A stretch of 63,982 nucleotides of DNA, the filler included, from Basidioascus undulatus (taxonomy: Eukaryota): NCBI GenBank assembly GCA_000826855.1. It is 14 parts of 14 records of this genome, joined end to end, with 100 filler letters (N's around TTAATTAATTAA, not from the genome) between each part and the next. Parts side by side here need not be neighbours in the genome. Positions count along the whole stretch, not along the records: positions 45,627 to 48,628 come from JTLS01002561.1; positions 48,729 to 51,728 come from JTLS01002562.1; positions 51,829 to 54,824 come from JTLS01002563.1; positions 54,925 to 57,920 come from JTLS01002564.1; 10 more parts are not named here. One strand, written 5' to 3'. How positions within the stretch are numbered: position 1 is the first letter of the stretch; each line of letters starts with the position of its first letter. This document shows, one piece after another, positions 45,627 to 57,130 of the stretch. The notes beneath the pieces are model-generated. The model saw only the letters and a program-made list of their open reading frames with translations. It was not told where the DNA came from and made no database searches. Made by a program: the position numbers and the translations under genes.

Positions 45627-47759
45627 GCGCGTCAGCCGATACGCTCCTCGGCTTTGTGCCGGTGGAACACGCACCTCGACCGTGCGCGCTCGCACCCGAC
45701 CCGTCCCCCGGGAACTGGCCGCGCCTCCGCCCCGCGCGGGGGCGGAACCTCGTCTTCGGCGTGGACCTCGCGCGGGCAGCGCGGGAGACGCGCATTGCGG
45801 AACCGCCGGGGTCGGGTGGGGGACAGGGTGCGGGGGGACGGCCCTCAGCGGCCGAGCGTGCGAAGCGGAGGGGTGGCAGCGGGATGTGGGACAAGATCAT
45901 CGAGGACGAGCGGAGGGGGCTGGCGGAGGAGGATGGACGCGCGTGGCTGCCGGCTATTGTGCTCAGGTGTGCGGAGCACTTGGCGCATTGGGGGAAGCTG
46001 GAGGAGGGGATCTTCCGGTGCGTTGCTCGCTCGCTTTTCTTCTTTCGGCGATGGGCGAGCTCGGGGTGATGTGGAACTGAGGCGCCTCGTGCGGGATCAG
46101 CATTTCGGGGCGCTCGTCGCATATCGCCCAGCTGCGGGCGGACTTTGATTCAGGTGCGTGTGCGAGGCGAACGGGGATGGAGGTGGCGGAGGCGAGAGAT
46201 GCTGAGCTTGCGTGTCGGGTGGGCGGGATAGGCGCGGACATGGACTTGCGCTCGATCGACGCGTATGATCTTGATCCCCACGCGGTTGCGAGTCTGTTCA
46301 AGGCTTACTTGCGGGAACGTGCGTTTCACCCTTCTCTCCTCGTTCCCCTCCTTTCTCCCCTCCTCGTCCCCCTCCTCCCTCCTTCTTCCCTCACCCTCTC
46401 TCCTCCCTCGAATCCCTGCCCTTCCTCGTCCGGCTCACGTCCCTCCCCTCCGCCCTCCAGTCCCCGAGCGCATCCTCACCGCCCCTCTCGCGCCGGCCTT
46501 CGACGGGCTGATGCAAGACCGGGCGGGCGTGCCCGCGTCCTCGGAGGACCACGGATTCAGCATCAACCCCAGCTCGCACGCGCACGCGCACGCACCACGC
46601 ATCCCGCCCGCCTTTGCCGCCGCCGACGAGGACGTGCCCCTCCCTGTTGTTGTCCGCGGGCTGGTGGAGCGCCTGCCGAGGGAGAACTACTTCTTGCTGA
46701 GGGAGACGAGTGCGTGCATTTTCTTTTCTCGGGGATGAAGACGCGCGGGGTGGGAAGGAGGAGACGCGGCCGCTGATGAGGTCGGTGGGCGTTGAATCAG
46801 CGCGACTGCTTAAGACTGTCGTGTCCCACTCGGCGCAGAACAAGATGCCGCTGAGCAACCTCCTCCTCGTCCTCTGCCCGACCCTCAACCTCTCCGCGGC
46901 GTTTGTCAAGCTCCTCGTCGAAGACTGGGACGTCGTCTTCGGTCCCTCCCGGCCCTCTCCGACTCAACCCGCCGCGCCCGCCGCCGCGCCCGTCTCCCAG
47001 CCGATGACGCCCTCGCAGTCGGCGGAGCCCTCGTTCGCCGTATCTGACTCGCAGTGCTCGCTCCGGGTGCCCTCCATCTCGACCGCCACCGCCGCGAAGG
47101 ACGACTGGGACTCGTTCTCGTCCGACGGGTTCTCGCACCACGTTCCGTCTCCCGTCCCCTCTCTGCGACACATCCCGCGCTCGCCCTCCGATCCCAACTT
47201 CCTGCTCACCGTCTCCAGCAGCACAGGCAGCATGCGCCCCACCACGCCCGTACTCGGCCGCTCCTCCCTCGACAGCACCTCGCTCCTCACGTTCCCGCAG
47301 CCCGGGCGCGAACTGCCCCTCCCGCCCGACCCGTCCGATCCCCCCACACCGCGCACGACCATCCCGCGGCCGCCCCAGCGACCCACGGGCCAAAACCGAC
47401 GCAAGAACTCGCTCGGACAGCTACTTCTCTCTCCCGGCCTCGTGAAATTCCGAGCGTCCGCACCGTCCAGCCCCGCCGCGTCCTCGTCCACCTCCGTCTC
47501 CACCTCCATGGACCCCGCGCCGCAGCCTGAAGTGAAGCCCCCAGCGGGCGCGGTCGCCAAGGCGAAGCAGCGGCTCGCGGCGGGCGTGCGGAGCTGGAAG
47601 AGCGCGAGCAACGCAAGCACCGCGAGCGTCGACTCGATCATTTCTGACCGGAGCGAACGAAGCGGCACGCCCGAGCCGCAGAGCCCGCCGACGAGCGTGC
47701 GCTCGAGGATTGGGCTGTTCGAGCGCGGGGGAGGGAGGAGGGACCGGAGCCATGGGTAG
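45627..47759 (+). CDS. RhoGAP-domain protein, 5' end truncated
   Basis: VFGVDL, LPAIVLRCAEHL..EEGIFR|ISG (arginine finger), DPHAVASLFKAYLRE|LPERILT, LVERLPRENYFLL and NKMPLSNLLLVLCPTL. A long Ser/Pro tail runs to the stop at 47759. Confidence 0.92.
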
Positions 47760-48094
47760 TCCGGATGGAACGGTAGTGCTTGGCTTGTCTGTCTCTCGTA
47801 TGTCTGCGACTCCTTATCTCCTTATCGCGCGCCACCCACTCTGCATTAACCCCTCACCCACCAGTCCTTCGTGATCCCATCTCCTGCGCTCCTCACTTGC
47901 CCCCTCGGCCGCTTGGAACACTTTCGTTGCCTTATCACATCACATCACGCCCACGCACTTTTGTTTTCATCTTCCACGCCAACCGATCTACCCTGCTTTA
48001 TGCTCAAAACCGTTGTATAACCCTGCGCGCCCCTGACTTGACATTTACGCTGTGCGCACTTGGATGTTTAGGCGTTAAGAGCTCTGCATGCGAC

Positions 48095-48185
48095 GCCGCT
48101 AGTGGGCAACAGGAGGGGTAGAAGTACAGGAGCGAGAAGGGCCGCTAGTGGGCAACAGGAGGGGATACAGGAGCGGGAAGGGGCC
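48095..48185. repeat. Imperfect tandem duplication, period 46 nt
   Basis: GCCGCTAGTGGGCAACAGGAGGGG occurs identically at 48095-48118 and 48141-48164, each followed shortly by TACAGGAGCG(A/G)GAAGG. Confidence 0.9.
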
Positions 48186-48209
48186 AGGCCAGCACCAAAA
48201 CCACATGGG

Positions 48210-48628
48210 CGAAAATAGAACCATCGTCTGCGAAGAAGTAGGAGGCTGGCATGGTGCAGCCATCTCGGTCAAACACAAGGTCTGCCTCGGCATTCAGTGC
48301 TCGGACCAAGGGGTCAATAAAGATGTTGAACAGCATGGGTGACGCCGGGCCCCCCTGGGTGAAGCCGCAGGTGCGGCGGAAGGAGGGCAGGCGCTGGCCA
48401 TTCACCACCAGGCTTGCACATGCCCCATGCCCCGTGAGGGCCCAGATGATGGAGCGCCACTCTAGGGGTGCCCCTCGAGCGCTCAGGACTCGGTCTATCG
48501 CTCCCAGTGTGGGGGAATCATAGGCCGTTGCAAAGTCAAGAAAGACTGCGTACCTCTTCCCCCCCCACCTGGCCTCTGCATCGACACAGAGCACCTGGGT
48601 GAGGCAGGAGTAGCCCCGTCGAAAGCCA
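48210..48628 (-). mobile_element. Non-LTR (LINE-type) retrotransposon reverse transcriptase fragment
   Basis: Intronless frame GFRRGYSCLTQ..AVFLDFATAYDS..VNG..GFTQGGPASPMLFNIFIDPL..FFADD, covering roughly RT subdomains 2-5. Similarity stops just after FADD. Confidence 0.9.
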
Positions 48629-48728
48629 NNNNNNNNNNNNNNNNNNNNNNNNNNNNNNNNNNNNNNNNNNNNTTAATTAATTAANNNNNNNNNNNNNNNN
48701 NNNNNNNNNNNNNNNNNNNNNNNNNNNN

Positions 48729-49260
48729 TGCAAACTCTCTCACAGCCTCCCCTACCCCACCCCTCCAGCTCCCCTTCCAATCCATCTACGTCTCCTCCAA
48801 AGCCGCCCTGCACGCGCTGACCGACGCCCTCCGCCTCGAGCTCGTGCCCCTCGGCATCCGCGTCGTCCTCGTCGCGCGGGGGGCGTAAAGACGCAGTTCC
48901 TCACGAACGAGGCCGGGGACTGATCCGAATTGAGCCTGTACAAGAGCCTCAAAGCCCCCCTTGAGGCGAGGGCGGGGATGTACACTTATGAGAACGGGTC
49001 GCCGACGGTGGACAACTTTGCGGAGGAGGTCGTGCGAAAGATCGTTGGGCACGGGAAGGGAGGACCACACATATATGCTAGGTAGTGAGTTGGTACATTG
49101 GGGGGTGAGAGGGATGCCCACGACGCTGATTCTTGCACCGCAGTCGCGCACGCCTCCAGCAGTTCATAGCGGCGTTCTGCCCGTCTGGGTCTTCGACTGC
49201 ATGCTGTATAGGGCGTTCCGTTTGGCGGAGGTGGAGCGTAACATCGCTGAGCAAGAGTAG
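48729..49260 (+). pseudogene. Short-chain dehydrogenase (AYR1-like), disrupted 3' part
   Basis: IYVSSKAALHALTDALRLELVPLGIRVVLV carries the YxxxK motif. A frameshift precedes GGVKT, followed by an in-frame TGA and the C-terminal LPVWVFDCMLYRAFRL. Confidence 0.7.
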
Positions 49261-50283
49261 AATGTGCCGCGGGGTATCTGTTTGTTTGAGATTTGCGAAT
49301 GTGTTTTTGCGTTCGACATGCATCTTTGGAGACGAGACATCGGTCAGCGAAAGCTGCAGTATACTCATAGTTACATCTTCAGCCCAGTTCAATTCGACCG
49401 AGGCAGCCTCAGGCAGCACACGCATCGTGCCGAGACGGGCACTTTTGAAACGAAACTTCTTGTTCCAGGACGGGGGTTGTTGGGAGAACTAGGTGACGCA
49501 GCCTTGTCCACAGCATGGCGTCCTCCTCAGAGTAGTCAGCGCTGTACATGTAATCTTCCAGCTCGTGCCAGCGAGGCACCGTCGACTTCACTCAAACCAG
49601 ACGCTCAGCAGTCAAAGGACAAATGTACTTCACGTGTTTCACTGATAATCAATGTCAGTGAGAACAAAATCTGCTGTGTTCTGAGCATCGTCAGCGGTAA
49701 GATGCGATTTTCGCTTATGGCAATGGATAAACCCACTTCTCCGGGCTTGTAACCTCATGTCAAATTTTTACTATTCTAGTATAACCTCCGCATCATTACC
49801 GGAGGTAAAGGCACAATTTTGACACATCCTCTGAGGCACGGCATAATCCTCTATCTTCTCTGGTAGGTCAGGCTTTGGCAAGGTCTGTATCATGATCCAA
49901 GCCGACGACATCAAGGATGGGTCACAACCCCAGGCTGAAAAACGAGTTGCCACAGTCTCCATTGCTTTCCGCTCTGCGTCCCACCTGTTCTACCCAGTTC
50001 CACTCGCTTCCGCTCTGCCCTACTTTGCCACAGTTTCCACCAGTTTCCGTCCTGCTCTGCTTCAGCCTTGTTCTCTTCCTTTCTGCCCGTCTACCTTTAA
50101 AAGCGCCACCCCTAGCTAGCCTTGCTCCTCATCCAGTCTTGCTCGAGCCACTAGTCCTTGGTCTGTCTCTAGTCCTTGCTCTCTTACCCCGGCCCTTGCC
50201 CCAGTCATCTCATACCTTACCACCTGTCCTGCTGGCAGTCCCCGTCGCGGTCTGCCTCTGCCCAGCTCGATTCCTGACAGCCA

Positions 50284-51335
50284 GCTCAGGCTCGAGGAGA
50301 ACTACCGTCTCCTGCTCGAGGAGAACTACCGTCTCCTCTGGCCCAACAGGACAGAGGCGGCCTGACAGGCTGCGGCAGACTACGCGGCGTTCATCCTATG
50401 CGCTGGCGAGGGGGTGGAGCGCAGTGCCGAAGAAAGCAATGTCATGCCACCAGAGAGCGCTCGCCTCCCCAACAGTCAGCTCGAGCAGCTCATCACTGTG
50501 ATCTATTCCAGACCTGGGATCCCGTCCGCTCATGTGAGTTTCCATGCCTCTTTCAATGACAATGTCATTTTTGGCTCAAGATGGTCAGCAGGCTTGACTT
50601 CCTGGCTGAGCATGCACTCCTGGCACCGCGCAACACCAATGTGGACGAGATCAACAACACCATCCTCAAATACGTCCCTGGCGAGGTGTGAATATAAGAG
50701 AGCACGGACTCCTTTGACAAGAAGAACACCGAGATCTATCCACTTGAGTACCTCAACTCCCTCACCCTCCCTGGCATTCCCCTTCACAAATGCACACTCA
50801 AGGTGGGCGTGCGCATCGTCCTGTTCTGTAATATCAACCCCGCCGGTGGCCGCTGTTACAGTACTCGCCTCATCATCACGGCACTCCACAGTTGCCTCAT
50901 TGAAGGTGACATCCTCACTGGTGCACACTGCGGCAAGCGAGTGCTCCTACCCTGCGTCACCGTCTCCAGCAATCCCAATGCAAAGCTTCATTTTGAGCTG
51001 TGCCGCCGCCAGTTCCCACTGCGCCCGGCCTTTGCGACGACAATCAACAAGTCGCAGGGCCAGTCGCTCAACCATATTGCTCCACCTCGCCGAGGACATT
51101 TTTGCCCATGGACAGCTCTATGTTGCTCTTTCCTGTGCCACAGATCCTTCCCATGTTCATGTTATCTGTACTAATCAGCCTCAGGGGAACAGCACCTAGC
51201 TGAAAATGTAGTATTGGAGGAGTTTTTGCATTAAAATTTGATATCCCTTGCTTGCATGTACACACTTTGGCTGTATGCAGATAAAGATTGTGTGGCGTTG
51301 GCAGTCTGTGCAGTTCTTGCACGGCCTACCACTCG
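50284..51335 (+). mobile_element. Helitron relic: degenerate PIF1-family helicase C-terminal half plus candidate 3' terminus
   Basis: LRLEENYRL, ALLAPRNTNVDEINNTIL, YPLEYLNSL..GIPLHKCTLKVG, RRQFPLRPAFATTINKSQGQSL, IFAHGQLYVALSCAT and ENVV are present, with stops and frameshifts. Hairpin CTGTGCA-5nt-TGCACGG (51306-51324) is followed by CTCG|T (51332-51336). Confidence 0.88.
50290..50337. repeat. Perfect 24-nt tandem duplication
   Basis: GCTCGAGGAGAACTACCGTCTCCT occurs twice (50290-50313 and 50314-50337), at the left edge of the helicase similarity. Confidence 0.93.
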
Positions 51336-51654
51336 TTATAACGAAGACTAGACGAAGTATCCAAATTGAAAGGGGGGCTGGCTTTGGTGCGGTGCAACAG
51401 CCACGCTCCGGCCTCAGCGACTGACACGTTGAGTCTGCTCGACACAGCAACTGGCGGTGATAGGTGCGACAGTCGAACGCAAGTGGTATATAAAACGTTT
51501 GGCTTTAAAAGGCAGACTGAGTGTCCCGAAAGCTGCCAGAGGAGCCTGACGAGGGCAACTCAGCCGCTGTCAGACCACTGCGGGGCTCGCTGGGGCTCCT
51601 CGCTCGCCGCCCCAAAAAGTACAACCTTGGACCTACGTCCAAGGATCAAAAATT

Positions 51655-51728
51655 CGACGCCTGTGTGATTCGAACACACGCTCCCAGAGGGAACTGCCTT
51701 AGCAGGGCAGCGCGTTAACCACTCCGCC
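51655..51728 (-). tRNA. tRNA-Ser(GCT): tRNA-Ser(GCT), intronless; the first few nucleotides are cut off by the contig end
   Basis: Minus strand: A-box GGCGGAGTGGTTAACGC; anticodon arm CTGCC-CTGCTAA-GGCAG; long variable arm TTCCC-TCT-GGGAG; T-arm GTGTG-TTCGAAT-CACAC; 3' AGGCGTCG with discriminator G; then the Pol III terminator TTTTT. Confidence 0.95.
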
Positions 51729-51828
51729 NNNNNNNNNNNNNNNNNNNNNNNNNNNNNNNNNNNNNNNNNNNNTTAATTAATTAANNNNNNNNNNNNNNNN
51801 NNNNNNNNNNNNNNNNNNNNNNNNNNNN

Positions 51829-52461
51829 GCGTTTCAAGTTGGGTGCAGTGTTTTGTTCGGAAGATGGATCGGGTTCCCATGGTGGGGGGTGTACATCCTG
51901 CTGTGGTGGTTGCCGGCACGCCTCAGTTGGCGGAGTTGTCGTTGGTGGAATTTGCCGACGATGACATCGAGATTGCCCTCCGTGCTCTTTCTACCCCCAA
52001 AGCCTGCTCTAACTCGACGCTACCTCGTGCACAATCACAATCGTAAAGCTCTCGCCCCTGCTCGCCCTTGGGCCCGCGCTGCGTGTGCTCATCTTTACAC
52101 TAGATCTTGAAACGCCCGGAAGCTTCCTTGGGACGATGGGCGTGATTGTCCTGGGCATGAACTTACCAAGTACATGTTTCAGGACCGCCTCATCAATGCT
52201 CTTGCGGCGCTTCCGGAACGGCGGGAGCTGAGCATTTCCATGAACCTCTTGACAGACGACGAGGACCAGGAAGACTTCGCTCGTTTGCTCCACCGGAGGC
52301 GTGTCGCTAACGGCTTCGCAGCTCTCGCGACGGAACTTGGCAAGCGACTGTTGCGGCTGGAGGACTTGGATATGGGAACTTCTGTTGGTTCTCAGCTCAA
52401 AGACCTTGGACTGCGGTTCTTTTCCGCTCGTGGAGGCGGAGATCTGTGGGTTGAGACTTGA
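51829..52461 (+). pseudogene. LRR-like (F-box-type) gene 3' region, probably degenerate
   Basis: LxxLxL patches (LAELSLVEF, ALAALPERRELSI, LGKRLLRLEDLDM) lie in non-contiguous frames. Confidence 0.3.
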
Positions 52462-53902
52462 ACGTGATGGTGCTGTATCTACGTGGATTAATTTCAATGG
52501 CAATGGGTTGGGCGTCGCCGTTGAGGTCGAGATTTTTGCGATGATGACCATGTTGTGTCGTGTAATCGTGTTGTTTGTCCTCAAACAGCCCTTCTGAGCC
52601 CGTCTTGGTAACGCCCTTAGTGCGGATACTCACACACGCTCTGAATGATGAAGGCAATATACGATGCCCAGCCAGGCTCCGTCGCCTGAGGTCCATGGCC
52701 GGGACTTGCCTGAGCGCCTGAGCATCATCCAGGACTGTCGCTTGGGTACGGCTCCCTGGCACTTGTAGGGTGCTTCAGTCCGGCCTTTACCACCTTCGAG
52801 GTTAGCAACCTTTCTTGTAGCCTTCTTTTATCCAGATAACTGAGCTTTGGTATGCTACTTGCTCCAAAGCCTTCAGCCCTCCTTGTCTCTGCGGCCCCGA
52901 AGTCGCTGAAGCCCGCACGTCCGGTCCTTCACTGAAGCAGAGCACACTGCCTCTCGAATTAGGGAAATAAGTTACCACGGCATTCACAACGAGACAGGGC
53001 CAGCTTGAAGCGTCATCCTTGAACTCGGTAGCTTGTGGAGCTGTCGTGCGGGCAAGCCTGCAACCATACAACCCGGCCAGCTTTATGTGGACATCGGAAA
53101 TTGAGCTACGTGTATTCCATAACCTGGCATACTGTGTCAGCTCTATACATTGTATACTGCAGAACCTTCTCGTCCCCAGGCCATGGCGAAAGACACTTCG
53201 CTGCCTGCAGACGGCGGCCCGGCATAGTGCTCGTCTTTTCATCGTCCAACTCTTTTCTCCTAGCTTTGTAGCATTCTTTCTGCGGCATGAGGGTGTAAAT
53301 ATACGATGCTTTCAGCGCTTCTCATCTCAGTCATCAGTACTGCTCGCGGCTACGGTAGGTATGCCCGGAACGGAACGGATGTCCGGTACGCCAGCGGGAC
53401 TTGCTAACGACATTACAGCGAAGACCAGTATTGGAAGTTTAATGAACCAATGTCGAAGGTACTGTACTAGTAGATCTGCATAACGCCACACGAGCAGCTT
53501 GAAGCTTCCATATGCTTTCGAAAGCTTCTTGCACGTCTTGCAGGTCGGACAGAGCATTTGATGCACAATGCCTGGTACATTAAGCAGACAACAAATTCAT
53601 CATTCCTGATAAACGTGCTCAGTAATAAGGACTTGTTGGTCATGGCTGCGAGGAGATGCATAATGAGGGCGACAAATCGACTTGCTGAAGAATGTGCTGG
53701 GGACGGCTGACCATTTGCGCTTACCTTTCCGATGAGACAAGACGCGCTTACAGACGCGAACGCGTCAGCCCAAGCTGAAAGGCCGATCGACCATTGACCG
53801 CCCTGCAGCTCCACGTTCCCTTCCCACTCTCTCCCTTCCCCTCATACCACTTCCTCGTCCTCCCATACCCTTCCTACCCTTTCAATACCTAGTTTCGTCA
53901 CC

Positions 53903-54824
53903 ATGCCCGCCAAGATCGCTCTCATCACCTATAGTCTTTACACGCATGGCAAGTTTTTTGCACATCGCAGCACGTTGACTGTCCACTGACATCCCCAACC
54001 CTCCGATAGTCGACCAGCGTGAGTGACTATTGGATGCCAGCTGGGACGACTATCCGCTGATGAGCTGTCTGTCTCTTTTTATACCACTCACAGTTGGCCA
54101 CAAGGTCGAGGAGGGTCTGAAGGACGCCGGCGCTGAGGTCAAGCGGTTCCGCTTCGCGGAGACCCTCTCCGACGAGGTCGTCGCCAAGAGTGCGTCTTCT
54201 TTCCGCCCTTCTCGGCTGTCAGACTCGCATGTAACTGAGGACCGTACCTTTCCATCCGTAGTGCACGGCGCGCCCAAGCCCGACTACCCGGTCGTCACCC
54301 CCGACGACCTGAAGGAGTTCGACGGTACGTCTTCCTTTTGTACTCGCGTTCCCCTCCCTTGCCCGCCTTCGTTTCAGCTTGGAACATGCATGAGCCTTCA
54401 ACAGTTACTCATTATTCCATTGCCATTTTCCAATCCGCCAGGCTTCGTCTTCGGCTTCGGCACCCGCTACGGCCGTGCCCCCGCTCAGGTCTCCGCCTTC
54501 TTCGACCAGACTGGCGGCCTCTGGGCTACCGGCGCGCTCGTCGGCAAGTTCGCCTCCGTCTTCACCTCGTAAGCACAAAGCTTTTATGAAAGAAAATATC
54601 GAGAAAGGAGAGTGCTGAACATGCGCGTCACCGCCAGGACCGCCGGCCAGGTTCGCCCACCTTCTCCTCGTCCCTCTTCCTTCGCCTGGCGGCTTGCTTA
54701 CTCTTCTTCCTTCTAGCACGGTGGCCAGGAAACGACAGCGCTTACGACGGTCCCCTTCTTCGTTCATCATGGCATGTGAGCGTGATTCATTTCGACGAGG
54801 AGGGCATCATGCATCACACACTGA
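53903..54824 (+). CDS. Flavodoxin-like NAD(P)H:quinone oxidoreductase (WrbA/Pst2/Ycp4 family); 3' end truncated
   Basis: [106 protein letters not shown]. Confidence 0.93.
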
Positions 54825-54924
54825 NNNNNNNNNNNNNNNNNNNNNNNNNNNNNNNNNNNNNNNNNNNNTTAATTAATTAANNNNNNNNNNNNNNNNNNNN
54901 NNNNNNNNNNNNNNNNNNNNNNNN

Positions 54925-56451
54925 GAGGGCGCCTCGTAGTCGGACTCTTCGTCCGTGAGCGTTTCGCCTGCTGCGCGTCGCCTGGGGGAGATGTACGAGG
55001 GCGTCAGTACTCCCGAACGTGTAAAGGAATTGTAGGAGGGGAAGGGAGACGAGCCGCTGCCGCTCCATCTTGATGTATTCGTTGATGCGACGCGTAAAGT
55101 CCGCTTGATGGTGCCGGTAGTGGTTGACCCAGCTCTGCGCGGAGTGGGCCTGCGCCCAGGGGTACATCTCGGGCTGTCCGACACACGCACGCACGCATCA
55201 GCATAGGGAAGATGAGAATGGGGGGAGAGAAGAAGGGGAAGGAAACGCACGTTCGCTTCCAGAGCACGGTAGATCTTGAACCCAGACCGATTGCGTAGCT
55301 TCGGGTTCACCTTGGCGAGGTACTCAACGAGGTGCTGGTCCTCCTCTTCCGTATACTCGTTCCGTCTAAAAACCACTCCTCACGCGCGCCCCAGTCACTA
55401 CTCCGTCCCTCTTTTTCCCTATCTTCCAGGACCCAGAAGAAGACCAACGAACGACTCACGGCTCGCCGGCCTTGCGCCCCCCGCGGTTCTTGATCACCGT
55501 CCCGTCCTCGTCGACGACCATGGGCCGTGGCGCGCGCGGCTCGGCCGGCGCGTCCGTGAGTGTCAGGACACCCCGCGCGACGCACAGCCGCGCCCACGAG
55601 ACGGGCTTGACGATCAGTTCGGGGTCGTCGACTTCGAGGTGCGCGGCTGCGGACGCGTGCGTGGCGTCGGACGTGATGAAGATCGAGCAGTCTTCGCGCG
55701 CGGAGAGGTCCGCGCCATTCAGCTGCGGGTGACATGGAGTCAGCGAAGACAGATAGGTTGGGAGGGGGTAGCGAACGCAGGGCGCACGTAAAGCATCTCC
55801 TCCAGTTCCAGCCGCTCCGTGCCCTGCACCGACTCATCCACATGCACGGGCAAAGGCGCACCGTCCTGCGCGACAAATAGCGTCTGCGGGAGGACCTCGT
55901 TCTTCTTGACGAGTCGTCCGCGCTGGACGGCAGCGCGGACCCAATGCCAGGGGAGGATGTCGAGGTTCTCTCTCCCGGCGTTGCGGTCGCGGAGGGCCGT
56001 GCCCTTGGGGTTCCCGGCGTCGACGAGGAGGAGGCTCGCGCGCGAGACCTTGGCGTGCATCGACCCCCCGTGCGCGGCGATCGTCTGCGACAGCTCGGCC
56101 GTCACGGACGCGGGGAGGTGCGTCGCCAGGCAGATCGCGATGGGCTCGCCGGTTGCGGCGTGGGTGAAGAGCGCACGGGAGGGGCCGGGGGAGGCGTGCG
56201 TGCCCGAGGGGAGCCCGGGGAGGGAGAGCCCGGTGAGCTGCTGCGATTGCGCGAGGATGCGCTCGAGCGTCTGGGAGAGATGGCAGGAGGCGAGTCAGCG
56301 GCAAGGGTGGAAGGGAGGGAGAGAAGAAACGCACGAGTCGGGTAGCCTCGTCTGCTGTGCCTGGATGTCCCTGGTTCTGGAATGCGCCTGCGTGCGTCGC
56401 AAACACCTGGGCGAGCAGCTCGAGGTGGTTCGGCTGCGCTCCGGTCGCCAT
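54925..56451 (-). CDS. RAP1: Rap1/TERF2IP-like telomere protein: two BRCT-like domains + Rap1-type Myb domain; 3' end truncated
   Basis: BRCT1 LF..PIAICL..IAAHGG..LLVD..WVRAAVQRGRL; BRCT2 LFVAQDGAPLPVHV..LNGA..WARLCVARG; Myb RNEYTEEEDQHLVEYLA..RSGFKIYRAL..YPWAQAHSAQSWVNHYR. Confidence 0.75.
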
Positions 56452-56982
56452 CGCGCTGTGGCGGAGCGGGCGAGGTGGGAAGGGGAGAGAGGGGACGAGG
56501 TGTATGTGGATCTGGCCCGCTTGTATAATTAGTTATATGGATAGTGAGAAGTGCTTTGGAACTGGGAGGACGATGAGGGCAGGAGGGCAACAATCCGCGC
56601 TCAGCGTGAGAGTCCCTGACTTCCTCGAAATTATTGGGTTAGGTTTCACATTTGTGGAAGGACTGCTTTGCATGTGTTTTCACTATAGCGAAATATGTCC
56701 GGATCCAACCCAGCTCCGGTTTCATGTGTACGAAGATGGCAATACAAAACCCCTAATGAGTGCGGGTCCTGGGAAGGGAGGAGCTGGTTTCCTGCTCCCG
56801 GTCGAGGACTTGGAGCTTCAACAGTCGTCTGTACGGACGACTTCTAGGTAGCTGAATCCAGCGTGCTTCAACTTTGGTTCACAATCTGCGCAAGGAAAAA
56901 TGATTTCATCCTCATACCTTTTGCCAGATTATTCAGCCCGTGGAAGAAAGTAAGGGCACCACAAAAGCGAACAGTGTTGTAA

Positions 56983-56995
56983 ACGCGCACGTGAC
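56983..56995. promoter_or_regulatory. Overlapping MCB-like ACGCG and Cbf1/bHLH E-box (GTCACGTG on the minus strand) in the RAP1-SGO1 divergent promoter
   Basis: ACGCGCACGTGAC at 56983-56995, and a second ACGCG at about 57008. These motifs are short and the genome is GC-rich, so chance occurrence is possible. Confidence 0.3.
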
Positions 56996-57130
56996 TTGTC
57001 TTTGCAACGCGCTCGGATGCGCGACTGGCCTTTGACGTTTGACCACCCTCCATTCTCCTCGCCTCGCCGCGCCGGTTCCTTGACCGTCTACTCTTCTCTC
57101 CTCCCTTCTCTCGCCCGCGCTCCGCCCCCG

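Noticed and set aside
51625..51644. Perfect hairpin CCTTGGAC-CTAC-GTCCAAGG just past the tRNA
   Set aside because: A single 8-bp inverted repeat; Pol III terminates at the T-tract, and a bacterial terminator is not meaningful here.
52600..53820. Lower-GC region with overlapping 100-150 aa ORFs
   Set aside because: No motifs and no credible splice model.
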